Shown here one piece after another: positions 28,552-38,363 of a DNA stretch of 64,000 nucleotides. The notes beneath the pieces were generated by a model. The model was not told the DNA's origin. It saw nothing but the letters and a program-made list of their open reading frames with translations, and searched no databases. Source of the stretch: Candidatus Latescibacterota bacterium (GTDB taxonomy: Bacteria > Latescibacterota > UBA2968 > UBA8231); the NCBI GenBank assembly GCA_965217585.1, contig OZ244561.1, forward strand, positions 2,528,001 through 2,592,000. The letters are read 5' to 3'. The first letter of the stretch is position 1. Every line of letters starts with the position of its first letter. The position numbers were made by a program, and so were the translations under genes.

Positions 28552-29367
28552 GTGTCTATCTCCCACGCCCAAGTAACCCATTTCAAAAACCACGGCTACA
28601 CTGCGGTTGCCGATTTTTTTGATCCCCGCGAAGTCAAAGCCATGCAAGCCGAAGTCGAGCGCTTCAAACGCGAGGGCTTGGTCCGCAATGTCGCCACCGA
28701 GGGCGACGGCAAGACTCCCTCCATCTCCAAGGTCAACTTGCAACTTATTCCCCTGTACGACAAAAGCGATCTCATCCGCGCTTTGCCCTTTGACGAAAAA
28801 GTCACCATCGCCGTTTCACAGCTCATCGGCACTCCCTTCATCCTGCATCTAGATCAGATGTTTCTCAAGCCGGCCGGCCACGGCATTGGCACGGACTGGC
28901 ACCAAGACAACGCCTATTTCAAAATAGACGACCCATTAAAAGGCTCTGCCATGTGGGTTGCCGTTCACGACGCAACCATCGAAAATGGCACCATCCACGT
29001 CGTGCATGACTCCTTCAAGGAGGAATACCCGCATGACCGCGATCCTTACTCCGATCATCACATCCACTGCCAAGTACCCGAGGAGCGCGCCGTGCCTATT
29101 GAGCTAAAGGCTGGTGGCGTCGTCTTCTTCTGCTACGGCACTGCCCACGCTACCAAGGCGAATACCACCAATCGCGAGCGCGCCGGACTTGCCTTCCACT
29201 TCCTGCACACCGCCTGCGTCGATCGCGCCAACCTCATCGGCCAAAGACGCGGCCAGCCCATCTTGGTGGGGCCGGAAGCCACTGGCGGCAAAACCGAATA
29301 CGGCGTGCGAGTCGCTGGGACTTGGGAACGAGAAATCGAGCGCGTCCTCGAGGGAGCAACCAACTAA
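28552..29367 (+). CDS. PhyH-family Fe(II)/2OG dioxygenase
   Basis: FLKP, WHQD (HxD), WVAVHDATIENG, distal H in TAHATKAN..R. Confidence 0.88.
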   Translation: MSISHAQVTHFKNHGYTAVADFFDPREVKAMQAEVERFKREGLVRNVATEGDGKTPSISKVNLQLIPLYDKSDLIRALPFDEKVTIAVSQLIGTPFILHLDQMFLKPAGHGIGTDWHQDNAYFKIDDPLKGSAMWVAVHDATIENGTIHVVHDSFKEEYPHDRDPYSDHHIHCQVPEERAVPIELKAGGVVFFCYGTAHATKANTTNRERAGLAFHFLHTACVDRANLIGQRRGQPILVGPEATGGKTEYGVRVAGTWEREIERVLEGATN

Positions 29368-30425
29368 TGCCGCACATCAAACCCGACGACCTGCGCCAGA
29401 TAGGTTACCTGCTTTTCGAGACGGCCGGCTGCCCTCCCGCAAGCGCCCACGCCGTGACCGATCACTTAGTCGAGTCCTCCCTCTACGGGCACGACTCGCA
29501 CGGCAGCTTGCGCCTCTACGAATACGTCGAACAGATCCGAGACGGCATCTTTGATCCCAAGGGCCAGCCTTCTATTGTCAGCGAAAGACCCTGCATGGTG
29601 GTCGTTGATGGCGGCGGCACTATGGGCCAGATCGGCGGGACGTTCGCCACCCAGATAGCCATCGACAAGGCCGCCCAGTACGGGGTCGCTACCGCCACGC
29701 TGCGCAACTGCGGGCACGTCGGTCGGGTGGGGGCCTATCCGCTACAGGTCGCCCGCCAAGGCATGATTGGTCTAGCCTTTTGCAACGCCGGTCACCTCGG
29801 GCGACAGATCGCTCCCTACGGCGGGATCGACGGCAAGCTCAGCACCAACCCCATCTCCTGCGCCGCACCTCGGCGCAACGCCGATCCGCTCTTGGTCGAT
29901 ATGACCACCTCGGTCTGCGCCGAGGGCAAGGTCCGCGTCGCCCATAACCGCGGGGAGCAGCTACCCGAGGGCCGGATTATCGACCACGATGGCAACCCCT
30001 CTACCGATCCAGAGGCATTTGTCGGCGATCCGCCCGGCGCGATCCTGCCTTTCGGCGGCCCGGTGGCCTATAAGGGGTACTGCCTAAGTATGATAGTAGA
30101 GATTCTAGGCGGGGCTCTCAGCGGTCAGGGCTGTGCCAACGGCGAGACCGTCATGCAGAGCAACGGGCTGCACCTGACGGTATACAACATCGAGCACTTC
30201 GTCGAAATGGACTATTATTTCGACGAACTTGAAAGCCTCATCCGCCATGTATCCACCAGCCGCGTCGATCCGCACGTCGGCGAGATCCTGCTGCCCGGCG
30301 ACCCCGAATACCGCACGGGACGCCAGCGCCAAGAAGAGGGTATTCCCATCGACGACACGACTTGGGGCCACATCGTCGAGGCCGCACAAAGCCTTGGGCT
30401 AGACCCTCAGACTTGGTCACAATGA
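29367..30425 (+). CDS. Ldh_2 family (malate/L-lactate/sulfolactate-type) oxidoreductase
   Basis: GHDSHG, RNCGHVGRVG, STNPIS, DMTTS..AEGKV, YKGYCL; TAATG overlap with phyH. Confidence 0.9.
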   Translation: MPHIKPDDLRQIGYLLFETAGCPPASAHAVTDHLVESSLYGHDSHGSLRLYEYVEQIRDGIFDPKGQPSIVSERPCMVVVDGGGTMGQIGGTFATQIAIDKAAQYGVATATLRNCGHVGRVGAYPLQVARQGMIGLAFCNAGHLGRQIAPYGGIDGKLSTNPISCAAPRRNADPLLVDMTTSVCAEGKVRVAHNRGEQLPEGRIIDHDGNPSTDPEAFVGDPPGAILPFGGPVAYKGYCLSMIVEILGGALSGQGCANGETVMQSNGLHLTVYNIEHFVEMDYYFDELESLIRHVSTSRVDPHVGEILLPGDPEYRTGRQRQEEGIPIDDTTWGHIVEAAQSLGLDPQTWSQ

Positions 30426-32386
30426 TGACGGTGCCTCCGCAGGGGGACCGACAGCAGGCGCGGGATCTGCAGGGGATCCCTCTGCGGGGCATCCTTATCG
30501 GGGCGGTGCTAGCCCTGGTGCTCAACATCTGCGATACCTACGCGACCAATGCGATTCAAGGTTCCTACCTGACCCTCAACTTCAGCACCCCGGCCGCCCT
30601 CTTCTTATTTTTCTTCCTCGTCCTGACCAGCGCCGCGGTCGGCCTCCTCCACCGATGGCTGGCACTGACCCGGGCGGAACTGATCACCATCTACATCATG
30701 CTGGTGGTGGCCTGCTGCATCCCCGGCATGGGCTTCACCCAGTTCATGATCCCCTGCCTCCTCGGGTCGACCTACTACGCCACGCCCGAGAACAACTGGG
30801 ATTCCCTCTATAACCAATACATCCCCCAGTGGATGATCCCGCGCGGCGAGAACGTGGCCCGCTACTTTTTTGAGGGGCTGCCCGAGGGCATCTCGATCCC
30901 ATGGGGCGCCTGGGTCGTGCCGCTGAGCCTGTGGTTCGGCTTCTTCCTCGCCCTCGCCTTCGCGATGATCTGCGCGATGGTCATTCTGCGCAAGCAGTGG
31001 GTCGACAACGAGAAACTCAGCTACGCGCTGGTGCAAGTGCCGATGGAGATGATGCGACAGGAAGAAGGCGGCACCGTGGGCCGCTCGTTCTTCACCAACA
31101 AGACCATGTGGCTGGGCTTCGCCATTTCCTTCCTGCTGTTGAGCATCAACGGCGTGCACTCCTACTTTCCGGAGTTTCCCCACTTCGAGCGCGCCGTGGG
31201 CGTGCCCCTGTTCGGCAACACCTGGCTCAGCTTCTGGTTCAGCCCGCCCTGGACCGGGTTCTTCTATTTCGTCAACCTCGACATCTCGGCCTCAATCTGG
31301 GTCTTCTACGTCCTCGTCAGGCTGCAGCGGGGCATCTTCAACACGCTCGGCGTGCAGAGCACGCAGCGGATCGACTTCTACTCCGAAGATCCCTTCCTCG
31401 CCCACCAGGGTCTCGGGGCGATGATCGCCTTCGTCGTCGTCGGGCTGTGGGTGGCGCGCCGGCACCTGCGCGATGTGGTGGCGAAGGCCGTCGGCGGGCT
31501 GCGGGAGATCGATGACAGCGGCGAGATCCTCTCCTACCGGCAGGCGTTTTTCGGGCTGCTCGCCGGCCTGCTGACCGTCGCCGTCTGGCTGTGGACGATC
31601 GGCCTGCCCTTCCCAGTGGCGCTGCTGTTCGTCTTCGGCGCCATGATCCTGTTCCTGGCGCTGACGCGGGTGGTCGCCGAGGGCGGCATCCCGGCCATGC
31701 GTCCGCCCCTGATGACCTCGACCTTCGCGATCTCCGCGGTCGGCACCTCCTCCATCGGCACCCAGGGCCTGGTGGCGCTCGGCTTCTCCTACGGCTGGCA
31801 CGCCGAGGTCCGCTCCTTCGTGATGGCCTCGGTCGCCAACGGGCTGAAGATGAGCGAAATGATCCGCGGCCAGAAGCGCCGGCTGTTCTGGGCCATTGTC
31901 CTCGCCATCCTAGTCAGCCTGGCGGGCTCCTCCTACGTCACCCTGGTCATGGCGTACGAGCACGGCGGCATCAACCTCAACCCCCTGTTCTTCTCCTGGC
32001 AGTCCACCCACTTCGGACCCATGGACATGGCCCCGCGCATCGCCGCCGAACCCGAAGGCCCGCGCTGGGACGCCTATCAGTTCATGGGCATCGGGGCGGG
32101 CGTGATGGCGGCGCTCATGTGGGCGCGCCACCACTTCCTGTGGTGGCCCCTCAACCCGCTCGGGTTCACGATCGCCGCCAATTGGAAGACGGGCCACATC
32201 TTCTGCAGCGCCCTGCTGGCCTGGTTCCTGAAGCTGGTGATCCTGCGCTACGGTGGTGTGCGCCTCTACCGCAACCTGCGGCCCTTCTTCCTGGGCCTGA
32301 TCCTGGGCGAAATCGTCGGGGCCGGGGTGTTTGTGCTCATCGACTACGCCACCGGCCACACCGGCAGCTTCCTGACCCAGGTCTGA
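30422..32386 (+). CDS. Large polytopic membrane protein (DUF6785/DUF6784-like, putative transporter)
   Basis: Many TM helices; YYATPENNW, LRKQWVDNEKLSYAL, RVVAEGG, WWPLNPLGF, LRYGG..LY..RPFFLGLILGE. Confidence 0.75.
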   Translation: MMTVPPQGDRQQARDLQGIPLRGILIGAVLALVLNICDTYATNAIQGSYLTLNFSTPAALFLFFFLVLTSAAVGLLHRWLALTRAELITIYIMLVVACCIPGMGFTQFMIPCLLGSTYYATPENNWDSLYNQYIPQWMIPRGENVARYFFEGLPEGISIPWGAWVVPLSLWFGFFLALAFAMICAMVILRKQWVDNEKLSYALVQVPMEMMRQEEGGTVGRSFFTNKTMWLGFAISFLLLSINGVHSYFPEFPHFERAVGVPLFGNTWLSFWFSPPWTGFFYFVNLDISASIWVFYVLVRLQRGIFNTLGVQSTQRIDFYSEDPFLAHQGLGAMIAFVVVGLWVARRHLRDVVAKAVGGLREIDDSGEILSYRQAFFGLLAGLLTVAVWLWTIGLPFPVALLFVFGAMILFLALTRVVAEGGIPAMRPPLMTSTFAISAVGTSSIGTQGLVALGFSYGWHAEVRSFVMASVANGLKMSEMIRGQKRRLFWAIVLAILVSLAGSSYVTLVMAYEHGGINLNPLFFSWQSTHFGPMDMAPRIAAEPEGPRWDAYQFMGIGAGVMAALMWARHHFLWWPLNPLGFTIAANWKTGHIFCSALLAWFLKLVILRYGGVRLYRNLRPFFLGLILGEIVGAGVFVLIDYATGHTGSFLTQV

Positions 32387-32539
32387 AGGCGGTCGCGCCC
32401 CGGCTAGGAGCGCAGGGCGACCAGGAACAGGACGATGAGAGGCGTTTCACGGCGCGTTGCCCGTGGCGATATCGAGTTTCGGTTGACGCCGGCGCAGATG
32501 GTCGGCAGGGTGGCCCGCAATACAGAAAGGGAATTGGAG

Positions 32540-33985
32540 ATGGCTAAGAGGAAAAGAGCGAAGACGAAGACGAAGAGCAAGACCGCCGGCAGCACCCCGG
32601 CGGGCGTCATCGAGCTAGGCGACCGGCGCGAACTGTTCGTCGACGACTACCTGATCGAGCGGCTGCGTGGCGTCGAGCTGCGCCTGCAGAAGCCAGTGCC
32701 GCGGAACGTGGCGCTCGACCACGACGTGCCGTGGGAGGGCAACACCAGCGCCTACCACACGGTGTTCCGGGACGGCAAGCTGTTCCGCGCCTATTACCGC
32801 GGCTCGCACTACGACCCGTCAGGCAACCACTACCGGCCGGTCGTGTGCTACGCGGAAAGCCGCGACGGGATCGAGTGGTACCGGCCGGAGCTGGGCCTGG
32901 TCAACTACCAGGGTTCGACCCGCAACAACATCGTCTGGGACGGGATCGGCGCGCACAACTTCGCGCCCTTTCGCGACCTTAACCCCGACTGTCGGGAGGG
33001 GGAGGAGTACAAGGCTCTGGGCAGCGCGCTCGCGCGCACCGCCGACGAGCAGGCCCTCTACGCCTTCAAGTCGCCGGACGGCGTGCACTGGAGCCTGCTA
33101 TCGGAAAAGCCGGTGATCACCGTGGGTGCCTTCGACTCGCTGAACCTCGCCTTCTACGACCCGCTGCGCGGCTGCTACGTCGACTACCACCGCGACTCCA
33201 TCTATCCCGACGGCGTGCGCGTGCGCAACATCATGACCTGCACCTCGAAGGACTTCCGCCGGTGGACGAAGCCGCAGTGGCTCGACTTCGGCGACGCCCC
33301 AGTCGAGCACCTCTACACGAACGCGGTGACCCCCTACCACCGGGCTCCGCACATCTACATGGGCTTCCCCAAGCGCTTCGTGCCGGATCGCAGAATGCCC
33401 GGCAACACCGCCCGCGGCGTGTCGGACGGCGTGTACATGACCAGCCGCGACGGCCTGCACTTCAAGCGCTGGAGCGAGGCCTTCGTGCGACCCGGGCTGC
33501 AGCCGGAGCGCTGGGAAAACCGCAACAACATGACGGCTTGGGGCATTCTGGAGACGGCCAACGACCTGCCGACTGCGCCGAAGGAGCTGTCGATCTTCAC
33601 CACCGAGGGCTACTACCGCGGCGAGGCCTGCCGACTGCGGCGCTTCACGCTGCGCGTGGACGGCTTCGTGTCCGCCAACGCGCCGCTGAAGGGGGGCGAG
33701 CTGATCACGCGGCCCTTCACCTTCGAGGGCGGCGCCCTGAGCCTGAACGTAGGCACTTCCGCCGCCGGCTCGGTGCGCGTCGAGATCCAAGACGGCGACG
33801 GCAAGGCGCTGAAGGGGTACACCCTGGGCGACTGCGACGAGATCTACGGCGACTACCTGGACCTCATGGTCACCTGGAAGGGCCAAGCCGACGTCCGCGG
33901 CCTGACCGGCAAACCGGTGCGCCTGCGCTTTGCCCTCAGCGACGCCGACCTGTACAGCCTGCAGTTCACGCCGCTGCCTGTCTGA
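32540..33985 (+). CDS. Five-bladed beta-propeller glycosidase-like protein (GH32/43/130-like) + C-terminal beta domain
   Basis: RELFVDD, PWEG, CYAES.DGIEW.RPELG, S.DGVHW Asp-box-like repeats, LRVDGFVS..GELIT.PF. Confidence 0.7.
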   Translation: MAKRKRAKTKTKSKTAGSTPAGVIELGDRRELFVDDYLIERLRGVELRLQKPVPRNVALDHDVPWEGNTSAYHTVFRDGKLFRAYYRGSHYDPSGNHYRPVVCYAESRDGIEWYRPELGLVNYQGSTRNNIVWDGIGAHNFAPFRDLNPDCREGEEYKALGSALARTADEQALYAFKSPDGVHWSLLSEKPVITVGAFDSLNLAFYDPLRGCYVDYHRDSIYPDGVRVRNIMTCTSKDFRRWTKPQWLDFGDAPVEHLYTNAVTPYHRAPHIYMGFPKRFVPDRRMPGNTARGVSDGVYMTSRDGLHFKRWSEAFVRPGLQPERWENRNNMTAWGILETANDLPTAPKELSIFTTEGYYRGEACRLRRFTLRVDGFVSANAPLKGGELITRPFTFEGGALSLNVGTSAAGSVRVEIQDGDGKALKGYTLGDCDEIYGDYLDLMVTWKGQADVRGLTGKPVRLRFALSDADLYSLQFTPLPV

Positions 33986-34001
33986 GAGAGGAGGCCATCC
34001 G

Positions 34002-35375
34002 ATGCCCCGACACGTTGGGACGCAGATCTTCTGCGACGACGCAATGCTGGCGCAAACGGAGAACGTCTGGCGCTCGGTCCATCACCCGGCCAGACACGAA
34101 GCCAACCCTGTGCTCATACCCGACCGGCCCTGGGAGGGATATCTGGTCCTGCAGCCGGGGACGGTCATCTGGGACGAGGAGGATGGGTGCTTCAAGATGT
34201 GGTACAACACCCAGCCGAGCCGGGACAGACCGGATGCCCCGCTGAACCTCTGCTACGCCGTATCGGCAGACGGGGTACACTGGGAGAAGCCGGAGCTGGG
34301 TCTGGTAGAGTTCGGCGGATCGACGGAAAACAACATCCTCATGCAGGACGTGGCGTGGACACACTGCGTCCTGAAGGACGCGGCGGAAAGGGATGCTGAA
34401 AGGCGCTACAAGCTGCTCTACTGGACGCCGGCGGGCGACGGAATCCATGCGGCTTTTTCCGAAGACGGCGGCCGCTGGCGGCCGTGGGAAGACAACCCGG
34501 TCGTGCCCCGCCGGGCGACGGGCGATACCTTCAGCGTCATGCGTGATCCGGCGTCGGGTGAGTACTGGCTGTATCACAAGACGAGGACGCCGGCCCGGCC
34601 GATCCGCATGGTCTCGCGCATGGTGAGCGAGGATTTCCTGCACTGGAGCGGGACCCGCCGCGTGCTGGCTCCCGACGCCTTCGACCCGCCTGACACCCAG
34701 TTCTACGGGCTGTCCGCCTTTCCCCATGCAGGCCAGTACCTGGGCGTTCTGTGGGTGTACCACACGTACCTGCAGACGCTGGATATGCAGCTGGTCTCCA
34801 GCCGCGACGGGTTGCGCTGGGACCGCACAGCCGACCGCAAGCTGTTCATGCATCTGGTACCGACCAACGAGTACCGGGGCGGCACCTTCGATCGCACGCA
34901 GATCTATCCCGTTTCGGCGCCGGTGGAGAGAGACGGACGGCTGTGGTTGTTCTACTCCGGCTTTACCGTGCCGCACAATGCCCCGGCCGCCGACCACGAC
35001 GGGCGCATCGGCCTGGCCACCATTCGTCTGGATGGCTTCTGCTCTCTCGATGCCACAAGTCCGGGATATGTCCTTACCCGTCCCTTTACCTGGAACGGGA
35101 GCCGGCTGCGGCTGAACGCGGCTACCAGTGGCCCGAGTCCTGAGCCTTCAACAGACAGTAGCGGCGGGGTCAGGGTGCAGATCGAAGATGAACAGGGACG
35201 ACCCATTCCCGGGTTTGCCGCTGTGCAGTGCACCCCGTTCTGCGGCGACGAGACCGGAGCCTTCATGGACTGGGGCGGGCACAGCGACCTGAGCGAACTC
35301 ACGGGACGAGTCGTGCAACTGCGCTTCGACCTCGAGGCTACGAACCTGTATTCTTTTCGCGTCTGCAACCGGTAG
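34002..35375 (+). CDS. Five-bladed beta-propeller glycosidase-like protein, paralogue of the upstream gene
   Basis: NPVL.PDRPWEG, CYAVSADGVHWEKPELG, SRDGLRW, IGLATIRLDGFCSL; GGAGG RBS. Confidence 0.7.
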   Translation: MPRHVGTQIFCDDAMLAQTENVWRSVHHPARHEANPVLIPDRPWEGYLVLQPGTVIWDEEDGCFKMWYNTQPSRDRPDAPLNLCYAVSADGVHWEKPELGLVEFGGSTENNILMQDVAWTHCVLKDAAERDAERRYKLLYWTPAGDGIHAAFSEDGGRWRPWEDNPVVPRRATGDTFSVMRDPASGEYWLYHKTRTPARPIRMVSRMVSEDFLHWSGTRRVLAPDAFDPPDTQFYGLSAFPHAGQYLGVLWVYHTYLQTLDMQLVSSRDGLRWDRTADRKLFMHLVPTNEYRGGTFDRTQIYPVSAPVERDGRLWLFYSGFTVPHNAPAADHDGRIGLATIRLDGFCSLDATSPGYVLTRPFTWNGSRLRLNAATSGPSPEPSTDSSGGVRVQIEDEQGRPIPGFAAVQCTPFCGDETGAFMDWGGHSDLSELTGRVVQLRFDLEATNLYSFRVCNR

Positions 35376-35417
35376 GGATGAGCGCAGACATATCCTAGCG
35401 GAAATTTTCTTTTAAAT

Positions 35418-36851
35418 TCAAGGATACTGATAACCTTCATTGTTGATATTAAATGGCCATATCTTCAACATATGTCTGAGTCGAATAAGGTCGCCTTTCT
35501 CCAGCTCCCCTATATCCAGTTCCCTTTTTAACGATGGATCATTAAAATCCAATCTTTTACTCGCCGTCAAAAACCCTTCTTTGAGAATGATGTGGGTCAG
35601 GTGGCTTGCGATTAAATAATATCCTTCATTTGAAGGATGCAGGTGTTCAACAATCATTGGTTTGCCAATCACACTCTTGGGATCGCAATCCTGGAATACG
35701 GTTTCAAGGTCTGCTAATATAACGTCTGTTTCTTTGGCAACACCTTTTATGGTTTCATTTACCTCTGATGGGGCTCTGATCGGTAAAATATCCAAGTCTC
35801 TTGCTCTTGTGAAGGATTGTTCAGCTTTATCTCGATGTCCTTGGGCAAGGTAAACATGACCTAGGTCAAAATGAGTTTGGGCATGAGCTGGGAAAAGTTC
35901 AATTGCTGTCTGGTAGATACGCACCGCCTCTTCCAGATGATTTTGTTCAAATGCAGCCTTGCCATTCTCTAACAACTGTTGCCATTGAGTAACATCGAGT
36001 GAAGATGGCGGTGGTTCTGAATCAAATGGGCGCCAATCTCGAAGATTGGAAACGATCGTCCCTAAAATCACAGGGATTCGATGACGCTTTGCGATAGAGA
36101 TAATTTCTTGGAGATTTCCCCTGAAATTCTCAAGGGCTTGCTCCCGTAGAGGATGATGAGGGGCAAGAGAACTGCTTACCATCATTTTATATGGCGATTG
36201 TTCCTTTTCAAATCGATTAGAAGGTGCTCTTAATTTTGAGTAAAAATTGTTTGCTAGCTGAAATATCTTAATCTCGCGTAATCGCAAAATCAGATTGATT
36301 ACTTCGCGAGACGTCCCCAATGCCACATTCGATGCCACGCCAACTGGTCCATAAATTTCGTTATGTCCCATATAAATGATCAAAAGGTCGGGATCATACT
36401 GAGGAAGTTTTTTCACGATGTCGAGAACTTGATAACTATTAAATGTATCTATTCCTAGGTTAACCACTTCTACCGTTTTATCCACGTTGGAACGTTTTAA
36501 TAATTCGTTAAGTAGCGTGGGGAACGGCCCTCTTGTCGTTGATCCTCCAAGACAAAAGATGCGAAAATCCTTTGCGGATTTCTGCTGTTTCATGCTTATC
36601 TTGGGAATTAGATTTTTAAGCATTGGATTATTAATTGAATAATATTTTCGGTACAACTCCTGATTAAGTTGATACGTAAAAGAAGAGCTTTGAGGGATAA
36701 ATAGCCTGTCATCAAGGCCGTAATTAGTATGCCGCAAATAGATCTCTAGTCCTATAAGCAGTAGAAAGGGGATAAGAACCAAAAGGACGTCAAGGAATAT
36801 GATGGTTTTTCTAGACCATTTAATGGTTTGTCCCGTTTGTGTCTGCATCAT
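35418..36851 (-). CDS. SGNH/GDSL hydrolase-TPR fusion protein (AT-rich gene)
   Basis: TM anchor, RIFCLGGSTT, VVNLG, IYMGHNE, TPR (AQTHFDLGHVY), EHLHP. Confidence 0.78.
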   Translation of the reverse strand: MMQTQTGQTIKWSRKTIIFLDVLLVLIPFLLLIGLEIYLRHTNYGLDDRLFIPQSSSFTYQLNQELYRKYYSINNPMLKNLIPKISMKQQKSAKDFRIFCLGGSTTRGPFPTLLNELLKRSNVDKTVEVVNLGIDTFNSYQVLDIVKKLPQYDPDLLIIYMGHNEIYGPVGVASNVALGTSREVINLILRLREIKIFQLANNFYSKLRAPSNRFEKEQSPYKMMVSSSLAPHHPLREQALENFRGNLQEIISIAKRHRIPVILGTIVSNLRDWRPFDSEPPPSSLDVTQWQQLLENGKAAFEQNHLEEAVRIYQTAIELFPAHAQTHFDLGHVYLAQGHRDKAEQSFTRARDLDILPIRAPSEVNETIKGVAKETDVILADLETVFQDCDPKSVIGKPMIVEHLHPSNEGYYLIASHLTHIILKEGFLTASKRLDFNDPSLKRELDIGELEKGDLIRLRHMLKIWPFNINNEGYQYP

Positions 36852-37010
36852 CTACGCCTTACGAAAGAATTACCCTAGTGAGGAGGCAGCAGCAGCGCCT
36901 GGGCTTCGTCCTCTACCCAGCAATGCCAGATGGAGCATTCGCCGTCTCATGTTCTGCGCGCCTGATTAAGATACCCCAGGTCCGGTTAAATGGATACCCC
37001 CGATAATGCC

Positions 37011-37100
37011 TCTAACAACACGCTCTACAACAACGAGGGGCGGGGACGCTTCGAGGCCATCACCCGTCAGGTCGGTCTCGAGGTTGGGGCATCAACATGC
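37011..37100 (+). pseudogene. Isolated FG-GAP/CRTAC1-type repeat remnant
   Basis: NNTLYNNEGRGRFEAITRQVGL matches repeats of the CRTAC1 gene in this window (e.g. TNTLYHNDGGRFFSDLT), but the rest of the protein is absent. Confidence 0.5.
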
Positions 37101-37298
37101 TGGAAGTTTTCCTTGGATTTCCGGGCAATTTTCCCCATATTAAGCCTAATTGTTTCACGCAAAATCACCAGTTCCCATTTGCTCTCGCTCGCTGAGCGAA
37201 TGGTGCGCTGAAAGGAGGTGTTCAAGGGAAAAGCCCGCATTTCACAAATCAACGCAGTAGCAGTAGTCATCTTTCTACAGATGAAAGGAGAAGCAACA

Positions 37299-38216
37299 GT
37301 GAAGAAGATTATCATCATAGCTGCCGTTTTGGGCCTCGTTCTCGCCTCCTTTACTCCGAGTTCGGCCCACCAGCGGACAGACCGGAACTGGGCGGCGGTA
37401 CAGGTGCCCATCGACGTCGCTGGAGTCAGGAACGTCGTGATGGACGGAGATCTCGGCGATTGGGACAACGTACCGTCTGTCTTCTGGGTAACCCAGGATG
37501 ACCTAACCGAGGTCGTCACGGGCACCCAGGGCGACCCGGATGCGGGCAATCTCGCCGAGCGCATCATCGTCGGCTGGAGCCCAGAGACCAACCTTGTGTA
37601 CGTCATGGAGGAAAGGTTCGACGACGTCTGGTACGGCACCCTCGACGACACCAACGACAAACTCGAGCTCGTGCTCGATGCCGACCACAGCGGCGGGCAG
37701 TTCCAAGGCGTGGAAGGTATCGGCCTGGATCCGGAGCGATGGGCCGGGGCCGCCGCGCAGGACTGGCAGCAGTCGCTCAATAACGAAGACAACAACCTGT
37801 GGTTATGGGGCGGCGGAGTATGGGCTTCCGTGGAGCCTTACGCCGGCATCAGATGGAACGTCGAGGGCGAGGCCGGTGGACCCGCCACCCTCTTTCAGGA
37901 GAGTTGGTTCACCACCTTCGACGACCTGCCTGCCAGTTCGACCGGTCCCGACGATCCCGACCTGATTACCCATGACTTGGAGGAAGGTCAGGTCATGGGC
38001 ATCGGCATGGCCATTCAGGACGATGACAACGGCCCAGGCAATTCGTACAACGGCTACTGGGTCTCCACTGGCGACATCAACATGTACTTCAACGCCGACT
38101 CCCTGGTAGACTACGTGCTACTTGGTTTTGACGCAAACAACTGGATGTCCGACTCCGACGCCACAGCGGTCGAGGACGACAGCTGGGGCCGCATTAAGGC
38201 GGGCTTCTCCAAATAG
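37299..38216 (+). CDS. Secreted acidic CBM9/DOMON-like protein with C-terminal TAVEDDSWGRIK tail
   Basis: AAAGGAG RBS, GTG start, signal peptide to SSA-H; MDGDLGDW, VGWS..VY..FDD, ELVLDADHSGG, MAIQDDD. Confidence 0.72.
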   Translation: MKKIIIIAAVLGLVLASFTPSSAHQRTDRNWAAVQVPIDVAGVRNVVMDGDLGDWDNVPSVFWVTQDDLTEVVTGTQGDPDAGNLAERIIVGWSPETNLVYVMEERFDDVWYGTLDDTNDKLELVLDADHSGGQFQGVEGIGLDPERWAGAAAQDWQQSLNNEDNNLWLWGGGVWASVEPYAGIRWNVEGEAGGPATLFQESWFTTFDDLPASSTGPDDPDLITHDLEEGQVMGIGMAIQDDDNGPGNSYNGYWVSTGDINMYFNADSLVDYVLLGFDANNWMSDSDATAVEDDSWGRIKAGFSK

Positions 38217-38257
38217 GGGGAAAGGTCGGCTGTAAGGACCCAGGACGGCTGTTGTTG

Positions 38258-38298
38258 AAGGGGGGGCGAGATCGTTGATCCTCGCCCCCCCCTTTTTT
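38258..38298 (+). terminator. Intrinsic terminator
   Basis: GGGGGGGCGAG-atcgttgatc-CTCGCCCCCCC followed by TTTTTT. Confidence 0.8.
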
Positions 38299-38363
38299 CG
38301 GCGCTCAACGGCGTTTCTGACATGAGCGGGGCGCAAGCTCGGGAGCAAGATAAGGAGAAAGAA

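Noticed and set aside
30605-35440. Many long antisense or alternate-frame ORFs (e.g. 31591-32547, 33262-34245, 33966-34997; likewise 52266-53546, 60726-61820)
   Set aside because: Shadow ORFs of high-GC coding sequence, Arg/Pro/Ala-rich, with no motifs and fully overlapping well-supported genes.
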